A stretch of DNA of 61,756 nt, counting the filler. It is 4 parts of 4 records of this genome, joined end to end, with 100 filler letters (N's around TTAATTAATTAA, not from the genome) between each part and the next. Parts side by side here need not be neighbours in the genome. Positions count along the whole stretch, not along the records: positions 32,494 to 52,206 come from SRR31156797_224; 3 more parts are not named here. One strand, given 5' to 3'. The notes below the pieces were generated by a model. That model was not told where the DNA came from, made no database searches, and saw nothing but the letters and a program-made list of their open reading frames with translations. This document shows, piece by piece, positions 33,250-43,455 of the stretch (position 1 is its first letter; every line of letters starts with the position of its first letter). The position numbers and the translations under genes are program-made.

Positions 33250-35814
33250 CTATAACTTACTCAAATGTTGTTCCAAAGCGTACTCATCCGGAATTAAAAC
33301 TTGTCTGGCTTTTGATCCTTCAAACGGACCAACGATTCCAGCAGCCTCTAATTGATCAACTATTCTTCCGGCCCGATTATATCCTATGGAAAATTTTCTT
33401 TGTATTAATGATGTACTTCCTTGTTGATGAGAAACAATTAGCCTTGCAGCATCTTCAAATAATGCATCTTTTTTGTCTAAATCTGCCATAGCAGCTCCAC
33501 TGCTGCCCTCTGTTTGATACTCCGGAAGCTCATATACCTGTGGATATGATTGCTGATTGCCAATAAACTCCATAATTTCTTCCAATTCCGGCGTATCTAC
33601 AAATGCACATTGCAATCGAATGGGCTCTGCTCCTGTTGAAATGAGCATATCTCCACGTCCGATTAATTGATTGGCACCAGGACCGTCTAAAATTGTTTTA
33701 GAATCGACACCAGAAATTACCCTAAAGGCAATACGTGCCGGGAAGTTAGCTTTTATAACTCCTGTAATAATATTTGTAGTAGGACGCTGCGTAGCAATAA
33801 TTAAATGGATTCCAATGGCTCGGGCTTTTTGAGCCAAACGGGCAATTGGCATCTCAATTTCTTTACCGGCAGTCATAATCAAGTCTGCATATTCATCAAC
33901 TACAATTACAATATATGGTAAATATCGATGACCTTTATCAGGATTTAATCTACGTTCAACAAATTTCTTATTGTATTCCTTTAAGCTCCGACAATGGGCA
34001 TTTTTTAGCAATTCATAACGATCATCCATCTCAACAGTCAATGAGTTGAGGGTGTCAATTACCTTCTGAGTATCGGTAATAATAGGTTCTTCAGCATCCG
34101 GAACCTGAGCAAGGAAATGCTTGCTTAACTTATTATATAATGATAACTCTACTTTTTTAGGGTCAACTAATACCAGTTTTAACTCTGCTGGGTGTTTCTT
34201 ATAAAGTAAACTTGCCAATATTACATTTAACCCCACTGATTTACCCTGACCGGTGGCTCCTGCTACAAGCAAGTGAGGCATTTTATGTAAATCGATTACA
34301 AAAGTTTCGTTTGTAATGGTTTTACCCATTGCCACAGGTAATTGCAATTCTGATTCCTGAAACTTTTTAGAAGCAATTACACTTCGCATTGATACAACTT
34401 CCGGATTCTGATTTGGCACTTCAATTCCTACCGTTCCTTTTCCGGGCATCGGCGCTATAATACGAATACCAAGCGCAGCAAGACTCAATGCAATATCATC
34501 TTCCAGGTTCTTAATCTTTGATATCCTGATTCCCGGAGCTGGAATTATTTCATATAATGTAACGGTTGGCCCAATAGTGGCCATAATTTTATCAATCTGT
34601 ATATTGTAATTACCCAGTGTTTCTACAATCTTAAGTTTATTTTCTTCAAGTTCTTCCTGCGAAACGCGCTGTGTACCATCAGCTTGATCAAATTTGGGTA
34701 ATAAGTCTAATGGTGGAAAATTATAATGCTCTAAGTCTAAACGAGGATCATATTTCCCGAGTCTCTCCAACGGCGTTGTTTTATCAACTAATTCTTCTTT
34801 CGCTCCCTCTGCAACCTCCATTCCTATTTCATCGGCCTTATTTGCATCAAGGTCTTCGGTTGCTTTCTCTTCTTTTGGTTCACTACCGTTATCTCCTGAG
34901 TTTGAATCGTTGAATTTGACATTAATATCCAATAAATTATTGTCGAAAGGCGATTCGGACTTTTCTTCTTCTACCAAACTTTTTTCATTTGAATCTTGCT
35001 GGGCTCTGTTTTCAATTTCATTTTCAACTGTTTCTTCATCAGAAGAGGCATACGCTACCTCAAAAGAAATATTGGAATCGCTATCGCTTGCCTTTTCATT
35101 TTCAGCCTCTTCAACTTCACTCTCTATTACTTCAGCATCATTATTAGATGCTTCATTTACGTCTGATTCTGATTGAATATTATTTGTCTCAGGCTGGTCA
35201 ATCTTTTCAGTTGATTTTTTATTAAAAGTTGAAGCTTTTAGTTGTTCAATTCTATTTTTTAAATACAAGTATAATTCTCTAAATCTATACACCACAAATA
35301 CAAAAGATATTAATAAGAGTAGCAAGATAGTTCCTGCTTTTCCCAATAGCGCATTGAGCCAATGGCTTATATAGTAGCCGTGTCCACCACCAAGAATAAA
35401 CCATTTTTGCCCAAAGAAATAGCCTAAAAAAGCTGAAACAAGTAATATTATTATGAGTGTGTTTTTAATGGTTTTAAAAATAGGTAGAGGCCTAATTTTC
35501 CAAAATGATAAGCCAATAAGTAAAGTAATGAGTATGAATCCAAATGAAGCTATTCCAAACCATCTATGAATAAAATAATTGGAAATAATAAAACCAGCTT
35601 TCCCAGCCCAGTTTTCAATATCTATTGTGTTATTTTCTATTACTTGATTGAGTGAAACGTCAAATAGACTCTGATCTGCTTTCCATGTAAAAAGAAAAGA
35701 AGTAAATGCAAGAAATGCAAAAAGAGAAAAAAACACGAACAATAATCCTGTGATTAATCGTATTCTTTCATCATTCAAAGCTACTTTTTTACGCTTTCTT
35801 CTGGTTTTGGCCAT
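33250..35814 (-). CDS. ftsK: DNA translocase FtsK
   Basis: N-terminal TMs, PHLLVAGATGQGKS, VDPK, VVDEYADL, ATQRP, gamma domain STSLIQRKFSIGYNRAGR. Confidence 0.97.
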   Translation of the reverse strand: MAKTRRKRKKVALNDERIRLITGLLFVFFSLFAFLAFTSFLFTWKADQSLFDVSLNQVIENNTIDIENWAGKAGFIISNYFIHRWFGIASFGFILITLLIGLSFWKIRPLPIFKTIKNTLIIILLVSAFLGYFFGQKWFILGGGHGYYISHWLNALLGKAGTILLLLLISFVFVVYRFRELYLYLKNRIEQLKASTFNKKSTEKIDQPETNNIQSESDVNEASNNDAEVIESEVEEAENEKASDSDSNISFEVAYASSDEETVENEIENRAQQDSNEKSLVEEEKSESPFDNNLLDINVKFNDSNSGDNGSEPKEEKATEDLDANKADEIGMEVAEGAKEELVDKTTPLERLGKYDPRLDLEHYNFPPLDLLPKFDQADGTQRVSQEELEENKLKIVETLGNYNIQIDKIMATIGPTVTLYEIIPAPGIRISKIKNLEDDIALSLAALGIRIIAPMPGKGTVGIEVPNQNPEVVSMRSVIASKKFQESELQLPVAMGKTITNETFVIDLHKMPHLLVAGATGQGKSVGLNVILASLLYKKHPAELKLVLVDPKKVELSLYNKLSKHFLAQVPDAEEPIITDTQKVIDTLNSLTVEMDDRYELLKNAHCRSLKEYNKKFVERRLNPDKGHRYLPYIVIVVDEYADLIMTAGKEIEMPIARLAQKARAIGIHLIIATQRPTTNIITGVIKANFPARIAFRVISGVDSKTILDGPGANQLIGRGDMLISTGAEPIRLQCAFVDTPELEEIMEFIGNQQSYPQVYELPEYQTEGSSGAAMADLDKKDALFEDAARLIVSHQQGSTSLIQRKFSIGYNRAGRIVDQLEAAGIVGPFEGSKARQVLIPDEYALEQHLSKL

Positions 35815-35836
35815 CAAATTATCAATTTAGCGATTG

Positions 35837-35844
35837 CAAAAATA
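35837..35844 (-). promoter_or_regulatory. Bacteroidota-type -7 promoter element for ftsK
   Basis: TATTTTTG (TAnnTTTG) on the minus strand. Confidence 0.55.
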
Positions 35845-35869
35845 CAAGATTTTCTGAAGAAATAAAGGT

Positions 35870-36544
35870 TTACATGGCGTTTAGCTCATTAAAAAACTTA
35901 TTCATTTCTTCGCGAGTGATTTCAGTATAATCATTCGGAATTTTAAAAGTGTTTACAGGAAACACAGTATCCCGATATTCTTTGAAATCTAATTGTAATG
36001 AAAGACCTTGTAAACTCATATTAAAACGCATTAAAACGCCAGGTATTTCTTTGAATGGATTATTTCTGTTAGGATCTTTTACGGGAATATCTTTTGTGTA
36101 ATAAAATTCATACTCACTATTAAGAGAATCATTCATTATAACTTGAACCTTATTACACTTATAACCTTTATAATCAATGGGTTCGTCAATGTAGTGAATG
36201 CTTTTAATACTTAACTTTTCGAAATCTAATGGATCCTCATTAAGTGATCTTTTATAAAAATATTTTTTATCAAGGAGTTTCATAAGCAGAATATTTGAGC
36301 TATCTGCAAGATTTGAAATTTGAACACTTCTGAAAACTCCCATCCAACCTTCAATTTGGGTCAATACCAATTCGTCTTTAAATAAAAACTCCATTGAAGT
36401 TGGCATCAAATTAATGATTGGATTTTCTTCTTTCGATTGATTATAAGTTATATCATACTCAATTATTCCCTCATTTCGCTTGGCGCAACTCGCCAGTAAC
36501 ATTATGATAATCAACAAAGAAGAGACTCTTGATAAATTCTTCAT
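35870..36544 (-). CDS. hypothetical lipoprotein (GLPGLI/DUF4412-like)
   Basis: LASC lipobox; EGIIEYDI, GYKCNK, YTKDIP, IPGVLM, FKIPNDY. Confidence 0.7.
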   Translation of the reverse strand: MKNLSRVSSLLIIIMLLASCAKRNEGIIEYDITYNQSKEENPIINLMPTSMEFLFKDELVLTQIEGWMGVFRSVQISNLADSSNILLMKLLDKKYFYKRSLNEDPLDFEKLSIKSIHYIDEPIDYKGYKCNKVQVIMNDSLNSEYEFYYTKDIPVKDPNRNNPFKEIPGVLMRFNMSLQGLSLQLDFKEYRDTVFPVNTFKIPNDYTEITREEMNKFFNELNAM

Positions 36545-36755
36545 TTTTTTGCGACGTTAAGATTTTAAATATAATGATTCTTTCCGAGAGCACATATGCA
36601 TATTCAAAAAACTTAACACTATACCTAATATTTTTTCACGAATTATAATTTTTATAATATAGTGCACGAATAGTTCAATATATGTGATATATAAAATGAT
36701 ACATTGTTCAGTGAGAGAAATATTTAAAAACATATTTTCTGATTCAAAATTTTAT

Positions 36756-36763
36756 TAGATTTG
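36756..36763 (+). promoter_or_regulatory. Bacteroidota-type -7 promoter element for arcC
   Basis: TAGATTTG (TAnnTTTG) in the AT-rich region ~100 nt upstream of the ATG. Confidence 0.5.
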
Positions 36764-36865
36764 TGTTTTCAAAATTAAAATTGTGAGTATTTAGTTTTCT
36801 GGGGTAAATATTTCCGGAAGGCTATTTTATTTTCTAAAATAAACCATTAATAATAACAATCTACT

Positions 36866-37822
36866 ATGAACAAATTAGCAGTTGTTGCGCTTGGCGGAAA
36901 CGCTCTTCTTAGAGGAAACCAGATTGGTACAATAGAAGAACAAGAAAAAAACACATTTGATACGCTAGAGAATATAGTGTATATGATAAAAGATGGCTAT
37001 GATATTATTATTGGCCATGGAAACGGACCTCAGGTTGGAAACATCCTAATGAGAAATGATGCCGGCGAAAATATGTACAATATTCCACAAATGCCCCTGG
37101 ATATTTGTGTTGCTGATTCACAGGGTGGAATTGGATATATGATCGAAAGAATGCTCAGAAATGTAATGAAAAAACACGGTATTGATAAGGATATCGTAGT
37201 TGTAGTTACTTCTGTAGTTGTAGATAAAGACGATCCTGCATTTAAAGACCCACAAAAACGTGTTGGTAAGATCTATACCAAAGAAGAAGCAGATAAACTC
37301 GCAGCCGATAAAGGTTGGGAATTTAAAGAAGAAGTTAAAGCTGACGGTGGCTGGAGAAGAGTTGTACCATCACCAAAACCAATCAGCATAATGAATGAAA
37401 AAACCATCGAGAAATTAGCTCGCGAAGGAAACATTGTTGTAGCTGTTGGCGGTGGTGGTGTTCCTGTTTACATTGACGAAAATGGGGATGTACGTCCTTC
37501 TGAGGCTGTAATTGATAAAGATGCTGCTTCATCCTTATTGGGAGCAAGAATTAATGCTGATGAATTTTATATCTTAACTGATGTACCTTTCGTTTATATC
37601 AACTATAAGAAAGAAAACGAAGAGAAAAAAGAATTCTTATCAGTAGCAGACGCTGAAAAATACATGGAAGAAGGTCAATTTGCTAAAGGTAGCATGGCCC
37701 CAAAAATTCAGGCTTGTATAGACTTTGTGAAATTAGGTGGACATAAAAGTGTAATTACAGAGAGTACAAAACTTGAAGATAGAACTTACGGAACGAAAAT
37801 TACAATGGAATACGAAGACTAG
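36866..37822 (+). CDS. arcC: carbamate kinase
   Basis: VALGGNAL, HGNGPQVG, WRRVVPSP, GGGGVP, VIDKD, GSMAPK. Confidence 0.97.
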   Translation: MNKLAVVALGGNALLRGNQIGTIEEQEKNTFDTLENIVYMIKDGYDIIIGHGNGPQVGNILMRNDAGENMYNIPQMPLDICVADSQGGIGYMIERMLRNVMKKHGIDKDIVVVVTSVVVDKDDPAFKDPQKRVGKIYTKEEADKLAADKGWEFKEEVKADGGWRRVVPSPKPISIMNEKTIEKLAREGNIVVAVGGGGVPVYIDENGDVRPSEAVIDKDAASSLLGARINADEFYILTDVPFVYINYKKENEEKKEFLSVADAEKYMEEGQFAKGSMAPKIQACIDFVKLGGHKSVITESTKLEDRTYGTKITMEYED

Positions 37823-37827
37823 AGAAA

Positions 37828-37855
37828 TGATTATTGACTAATGATTATTGATTAT
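37828..37855 (+). repeat. short heptamer array (TGATTAT-like x4)
   Basis: TGATTAT TGACTAA TGATTAT TGATTAT directly after the arcC stop. Confidence 0.6.
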
Positions 37856-37993
37856 TTAAAAGATTTTAACCATTCATTTCTAAACATGTAAAAATGATAA
37901 AATCTGATTAGTAATTATTAGTGGTTCACATTTTCATCTATGTAAAATATCATTCAATAAACAATAATAAATAATCAATTAAAAATAATAATT

Positions 37994-38995
37994 ATGGCTT
38001 ACAATTTAAGAAACAGAAACTTTCTAAAGCTTTTAGATTTTACTCCAAAAGAAATGAAATATCTTTTAGATCTTTCAGCTGATCTTAAAAAAGCTAAATA
38101 TAGCGGAACTGAGCAGCAAATGTTAAAAGGTAAAAACATTGCCCTTATTTTCGAAAAAGCATCTACACGTACACGTTGTGCATTTGAGGTAGCTGCCTAC
38201 GATCAAGGTGCTCATGTAACATACCTTGGCCCATCTGGTTCACAAATAGGTGGTAAAGAATCAATGGCTGATACAGCCCGCGTTTTGGGTCGCATGTATG
38301 ATGGTATTGAGTACCGTGGTTTTGGTCAAAATGTTGTTGAAGAATTAGGAAAATATGCCGGTGTACCTGTTTGGAATGGTTTAACAAATGAATTCCACCC
38401 TACACAAATCCTAGCTGACTTCCTTACTATGATGGAGCACTCAGACAAGCCATTGCATCAAATTACTTTTGCATATGTTGGAGACGCTCGCAACAACATG
38501 GGTAACTCATTGATGATTGGCGCTGCAAAAATGGGAATGAAATTCCGTTCAGTAGCTCCTAAAAGCGTACAGCCAACAGCTGAATTAGTAGCTCAGGCTA
38601 ACGAAATCGCTAAAGAAACCGGTGCTGAAATTATCGTTACTGATAAGGTGAATGAAGGTGTTAAAGGTTGTGATTTCATTTATACTGACGTATGGGTATC
38701 AATGGGTGAACCAGACGAAGTTTGGAAAGAAAGAATTGAGTTATTAAAGCCTTACCAGGTAAACAAAGCAATGATGGATGCAACCGGAAATCCAAAATGC
38801 AAATTCATGCACTGTTTACCAGCATTCCACAATAGAGAGACTAAAGTTGGTGAAGAAATTTTCCAAAAATTTGGTTTAGATGGAATGGAAGTAACAGAAG
38901 AGGTTTTTGAATCTCCTAATTCAATTGTTTTTGATGAAGCTGAAAATCGTATGCATACTATTAAAGCTGTAATGGTAGCAACTTTAGGTCAATAA
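37994..38995 (+). CDS. argF: ornithine carbamoyltransferase (probably catabolic, ArcB-type)
   Basis: [23 protein letters not shown]; adjacent to carbamate kinase. Confidence 0.96.
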   Translation: MAYNLRNRNFLKLLDFTPKEMKYLLDLSADLKKAKYSGTEQQMLKGKNIALIFEKASTRTRCAFEVAAYDQGAHVTYLGPSGSQIGGKESMADTARVLGRMYDGIEYRGFGQNVVEELGKYAGVPVWNGLTNEFHPTQILADFLTMMEHSDKPLHQITFAYVGDARNNMGNSLMIGAAKMGMKFRSVAPKSVQPTAELVAQANEIAKETGAEIIVTDKVNEGVKGCDFIYTDVWVSMGEPDEVWKERIELLKPYQVNKAMMDATGNPKCKFMHCLPAFHNRETKVGEEIFQKFGLDGMEVTEEVFESPNSIVFDEAENRMHTIKAVMVATLGQ

Positions 38996-39014
38996 ACAAA
39001 CTTAAATATTACTG

Positions 39015-39048
39015 AGCGGTCTCAAGCTTTTGAGGCCGCTTTTTTTTT
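39015..39048 (+). terminator. intrinsic terminator
   Basis: AGCGGTCTCAA/TTGAGGCCGCT stem followed by a T-tract. Confidence 0.85.
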
Positions 39049-39061
39049 GTTATTTTTGAGC

Positions 39062-39742
39062 ATGGACAAATTAATTCAATCTATAAAAGAAGCAGCCAGC
39101 ACAGGTATAAATGTGCTTGATTTTCAGTTTACTAAAAAAGACATCTTTATTCCCGATCTTTCAGAACAAAACAGAGAACTAGATGATATTGATCTTGATA
39201 ATGCCGAAGAATTTGGAGCATGGCTCATAAAAAAAATGGCAGAGAAAGATAAAAAAATAGCCATTGGAGGATACGGTGAAGACCGTGTTGTTTATAAGCG
39301 CAGCAAACATTTTGGACAAGGACCTGACTCCCGCTCTATTCACCTGGGAATTGATTTATGGTGTCCGGCAGGCACAAAAGTACTTGCTCCTTTTGATGCA
39401 GAAGTTCATAGTTTCCAAAATAACGACAATCATGGTGATTATGGCGGGACCATTATATTAACGCACATTTTAAACGATCAAACTTTTCATACACTATACG
39501 GACATTTATCACTTGCATCATTAGAAAATAAAAAGGAAGGATTAAAAGTTAACGCTGGTGAAGCCTTTGCTGATCTGGGAGTACCAAATGAAAATGGTGG
39601 TTGGCCTCCACACCTTCACTTTCAGGTAATTAGGGATATGGGTAATAAAAAAGGCGATTATTATGGTGTGGCCAGTCCTTCAGAAAAAGAGGAACGGTTG
39701 TATCAGTGTCCAGATCCGAATTTAATACTCAATGTATTTTAA
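39062..39742 (+). CDS. M23 family metallopeptidase domain protein
   Basis: HLGID (HxxxD), LYGHL, PHLHFQ. Confidence 0.9.
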   Translation: MDKLIQSIKEAASTGINVLDFQFTKKDIFIPDLSEQNRELDDIDLDNAEEFGAWLIKKMAEKDKKIAIGGYGEDRVVYKRSKHFGQGPDSRSIHLGIDLWCPAGTKVLAPFDAEVHSFQNNDNHGDYGGTIILTHILNDQTFHTLYGHLSLASLENKKEGLKVNAGEAFADLGVPNENGGWPPHLHFQVIRDMGNKKGDYYGVASPSEKEERLYQCPDPNLILNVF

Positions 39743-39751
39743 ATCAGTGGA

Positions 39752-42700
39752 ATGAAATGGAGAAATAGTCATTACGGAAGCTTGCTTAATTCATTTTTTA
39801 AATTTGAATTCTTGCTTCTCATTATTGCTATAATTGCTTTCTATCAGGTTGCATTTCTTCAATATGCATTGAAATGGGATATGATAATAGGCTATGGTAC
39901 AAGTCGATATGCTATTTCTCAACAACTTCATGAAGGTATATTTCCACTTTGGAGGCCTTTTATTAACTGTGGTTATCCGGCTTATGGAGGGTTTAGCGCA
40001 ACATGGTCTCCTTTCATTTTAATCGCAGGTTGGTTAACTAACTATACCATTATAACGCTTCATTTCTTTTTTATTTTCTATATATATTTAGCTGGTTTAG
40101 GGATGTTTAAATTAATTAAACATCTGATTGGAGATAAAAAAATTGCTTTTATCACAGCTGTGAGCTATATGCTTGGTGGTATTATGGTCAGTCATGCCCA
40201 ACACATGGATATTCTGGCTTCTACAGCATGGCTTCCATGGTTGTTTCTAGCATATTTTAAATTACTTAGCAAGCTAAAGTGGAGAGATACAATTCCATTT
40301 ATAATAATAGCCTACATTACCTTAACAGATGGTTATCCGGCAGTTAGTATTACAGCTGTATATACAGTTGTAGCCTGGGGAGTAGTTGAAATGCTGAATT
40401 ATATCAGGCTTAAGAATTTCACGAAATTAAAACGTTTTTTGTTGCTCAACATTTCTTCAGTAGCATTGCTCTTAATCATGTCTATTGGGCTTATTTATAC
40501 CTTTCTGGAGGTGTCTGAGGAAGTATCAAGATATAAAGACGTACACCTGGTAAAGAAAAGTGGTTCTGCGTTTACATTCCAATCATATTTATCATATATA
40601 TTTCCATACGCAACAATTAGTGAAACAAAGTTCTTTAATTGTCATATTTCATTCAATAATGCTTATATAGGTATCCTTTTATTTGTATTTGGCTTAGCTG
40701 GATTATTTATCAAACGAAATAAAATCGTTTTATTCTTTCTTGCAACCAGTATTTTTTGGCTTTGGGCTGGACTTGGAGAAGATTATTACCTCAAAACAGT
40801 TTTGCATGAGTATCTCCCAATGATGAATAAGTTCAGAACGCCTGCTATATTAAGAATACCAGCCACATTTAGTCTTACAATAATTGGTGCTTACGGCTTT
40901 TATTTCATTTCCAAACATAAACCTCAACTGTTAAACTACATCGTAATTTTACTATTATTTATATTTAGTATCGTTTCGATTATAGCATTTCTTTTAACTG
41001 ATATTCAATCTGAATCTTCTATTTTCCAAGAATCATCACTTTCAGCTCATATATTTACCCAAAGCATTGTCCATATAGTCCTTTTAATCTGCTTCTTAAT
41101 CTATACCTACATTAAAAAAGGAGATTTCATCACTATATTGATGATATTAATTCCTATTGATTTATTTGTTGCTGTACAATTAAATATGTCACAATCTGTA
41201 GTTTCAAAATTTGATCCTATTAAATATCACAAGCAGCAAATATCTCATCCTAAAGGGTTTCCTATACCATCTCAAAATTTAATAAAGGAGAATACAGATA
41301 AAACCTTTGCATTTTATCCATCCTGGTTAAGTGGTTCTGTTTATAAAAAAGAGGTTTCATATGACGGGTATAATGCGCTAATTTTAGATAAATATCGAAA
41401 TTCCTATAATGATAAAGCGCTTTCTGACAGCACGATATGCAATTCTCTTGCATACTTCACCACAGATGTACGACCAATCGAATACCGAAATAGCGATTCA
41501 ATTTTTACAAATAAAACTATTTATATAGAAGAACCTAATTTCATAAACTTTGATAGTAAAGCAAATGCAATAACAAAACAAATTGAAATCATAGATTATC
41601 AACCGGATAAGATTGAAATTTCAGTTCACACGTCTAAAAATCAATATCTTGTTTTGCTGCAGACAAACTATCCAGGATGGAAAGCATTTATTGATCATTC
41701 AGAAACTAAAATATATACTGCAAACCATCAGTTCATGGCAATTTATGTCCCTAAAGGAGTACATAAAATCGAATTTAATTTGAGAAAAGATATTATCAAA
41801 TACACATCATTGAGCAATATTGGAATTGTAATAATACTAAGCATAATAATTTTGGTTATAAACTTTAAGCACTTAACTAATAAACAGAAATATAGTATTC
41901 TTATGGTAATTCTTTTGCTATTACTTTTAAGCATAATTAGAATTACTACTCCAAAAAGAAATGTCCAGCGAATTACAAATTATCAAAAAATATCAGAGTT
42001 GTTCAGAAATTGGTCAACGAGCATTGATAATAGAGAAATAGCAAAAGCTCTATTGGTTGATAATCATCACATAATGAGAGAAATAGATTCTAATCTGATT
42101 GAATCCCATGGTATAAATAGTAAAAGTCGCTATTACCGATCAAGAAACATATCTAATGCGATTGAGAACCTGGATACAATTAATGCTAATTATCTATTTT
42201 ATGCAAAGTCAAATACATTTGTAAATGAAAATGTAGCAGGAATGATTTATGCTACCTTTCCAACACTATTAAAGAATGAACTTTTTGATGATAATCAAGT
42301 ATTATTGCTTTCACGAACCATCAACCAATTAAATAAACGAATTATTAAAACTTATGAGGACAAAAATATTCATGCTAGCAAAAGAATTGATGATGAATTT
42401 GCTGCTAGTGGAAGTTTTAGTTATAAAATAGACAAAGAAGCTCAATACGGTGGAGGATTTAATTTTGCAAAAGGTGATTTCTTTGAAGGTGATGAATCCT
42501 TTATTGTGTATAAAGGCAAAGTATTAATGCAGCAAAAAACTGATTGTTCTCTAATTATTAGGTTCTTTGGTAAAGACAAGAATATTCAAATTAAGGTGAA
42601 AGATTTTCATATTACATCAGCGATAGACAAGCTATGCGACTGGAATTCAATACTTTTAGGGACTAAAATTCCAGACAATACAGAAAGAATTGAAATTTTT

Positions 42701-42790
42701 TATCATAAAAATGGAAAACACTCGCCACTATGGATTGATGATTCTGAGGTTATACTAATAAGAAATCACTTTATAAAAACTTCTGAGTGA
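39752..42790 (+). CDS. YfhO-like polytopic membrane protein (GT-C-type glycosyltransferase) with C-terminal extension
   Basis: FPLWRP..CGYP, LAGLGMFKL, AWLPW, FRTP, YPGWKAFID..AN..FMAI..PKG.HKIEF. Confidence 0.8.
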   Translation: MKWRNSHYGSLLNSFFKFEFLLLIIAIIAFYQVAFLQYALKWDMIIGYGTSRYAISQQLHEGIFPLWRPFINCGYPAYGGFSATWSPFILIAGWLTNYTIITLHFFFIFYIYLAGLGMFKLIKHLIGDKKIAFITAVSYMLGGIMVSHAQHMDILASTAWLPWLFLAYFKLLSKLKWRDTIPFIIIAYITLTDGYPAVSITAVYTVVAWGVVEMLNYIRLKNFTKLKRFLLLNISSVALLLIMSIGLIYTFLEVSEEVSRYKDVHLVKKSGSAFTFQSYLSYIFPYATISETKFFNCHISFNNAYIGILLFVFGLAGLFIKRNKIVLFFLATSIFWLWAGLGEDYYLKTVLHEYLPMMNKFRTPAILRIPATFSLTIIGAYGFYFISKHKPQLLNYIVILLLFIFSIVSIIAFLLTDIQSESSIFQESSLSAHIFTQSIVHIVLLICFLIYTYIKKGDFITILMILIPIDLFVAVQLNMSQSVVSKFDPIKYHKQQISHPKGFPIPSQNLIKENTDKTFAFYPSWLSGSVYKKEVSYDGYNALILDKYRNSYNDKALSDSTICNSLAYFTTDVRPIEYRNSDSIFTNKTIYIEEPNFINFDSKANAITKQIEIIDYQPDKIEISVHTSKNQYLVLLQTNYPGWKAFIDHSETKIYTANHQFMAIYVPKGVHKIEFNLRKDIIKYTSLSNIGIVIILSIIILVINFKHLTNKQKYSILMVILLLLLLSIIRITTPKRNVQRITNYQKISELFRNWSTSIDNREIAKALLVDNHHIMREIDSNLIESHGINSKSRYYRSRNISNAIENLDTINANYLFYAKSNTFVNENVAGMIYATFPTLLKNELFDDNQVLLLSRTINQLNKRIIKTYEDKNIHASKRIDDEFAASGSFSYKIDKEAQYGGGFNFAKGDFFEGDESFIVYKGKVLMQQKTDCSLIIRFFGKDKNIQIKVKDFHITSAIDKLCDWNSILLGTKIPDNTERIEIFYHKNGKHSPLWIDDSEVILIRNHFIKTSE

Positions 42791-42791
42791 A

Positions 42792-43139
42792 TCACCCTCC
42801 TGCTCTCTTTACATTATAGCCCTTTTTGGTAAGTATTTCAACTATTTTATCTCTAAAATCACCCTGAATTATAATCTCTCCATCTTTGGCACTGCCACCT
42901 ACTCCACATTTGGTTTTTATGAGCTTTGCAAGATCTTTTAAATCATCGTCTGATCCAATAAAACCGGTTACCAGGCTCACTTTCTTTCCCTTGCGTTGCT
43001 TTTTATCCAGAAACACCTTAAGATTCTGTTCCTCAGCTGGTAATGTATCTTCATCCTGATCATTATCGTGCTCATAATCAAAATTATCACTAGTTGAATA
43101 CACCACACCTAATCTTTTCTTCCAGTCATTATCGCTCAT
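42792..43139 (-). CDS. SUI1/YciH-like translation initiation factor
   Basis: RKGKKVSLVTGF, LAKLIKTKCGVGGSAKDGEIIIQGD. Confidence 0.95.
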   Translation of the reverse strand: MSDNDWKKRLGVVYSTSDNFDYEHDNDQDEDTLPAEEQNLKVFLDKKQRKGKKVSLVTGFIGSDDDLKDLAKLIKTKCGVGGSAKDGEIIIQGDFRDKIVEILTKKGYNVKRAGG

Positions 43140-43213
43140 TTTTTCGATGTTTTAAGGTTAAAACTATGAATTATGTATTTTACTATATTTTCTGTAACGT
43201 TTTCAATTATAAA

Positions 43214-43351
43214 AGAATTCAGAATATAGAATTTAAAATTTTCAAGATAATACTTTCTGTCTTCTGCATTCTGTATTCTGTTTATTCATTCTCTCTTCTG
43301 CATTCTGAATTCTGCATTCTGTCTTCTTCATTCTGACTTCTGTATTCTGTA
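43214..43351. repeat. heptamer tandem array (TTCTGYA-like, 13 units + 1 degenerate) with 3 inverted units upstream
   Basis: 43255-43351 TTCTGTC TTCTGCA TTCTGTA...; 43214-43234 AGAATTC AGAATAT AGAATTT in opposite orientation. Confidence 0.85.
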
Positions 43352-43406
43352 TTTTATCAAATCACATTTGAAACCCTAAACCTATCTATTTTTATCTTTA
43401 GTGGAT

Positions 43407-43440
43407 TACTTTTGTGCAAATATGCATACTTTTGAGCAAA
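43407..43440 (+). promoter_or_regulatory. Bacteroidota-type promoter region for the MATE gene
   Basis: TACTTTTG(T/A)GCAAA repeated with 20-bp period; each copy fits TAnnTTTG. Confidence 0.5.
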
Positions 43441-43455
43441 TTTTGAACCAATCCA

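Noticed and set aside
36590-36720. ARG boxes upstream of arcC
   Set aside because: Candidate matches have several mismatches in very AT-rich DNA and cannot be told from background.
43094-43351. CRISPR array or 80-aa ORF in the heptamer region
   Set aside because: Units are 7 nt with no spacers and no cas genes; the ORF is just translated repeat.
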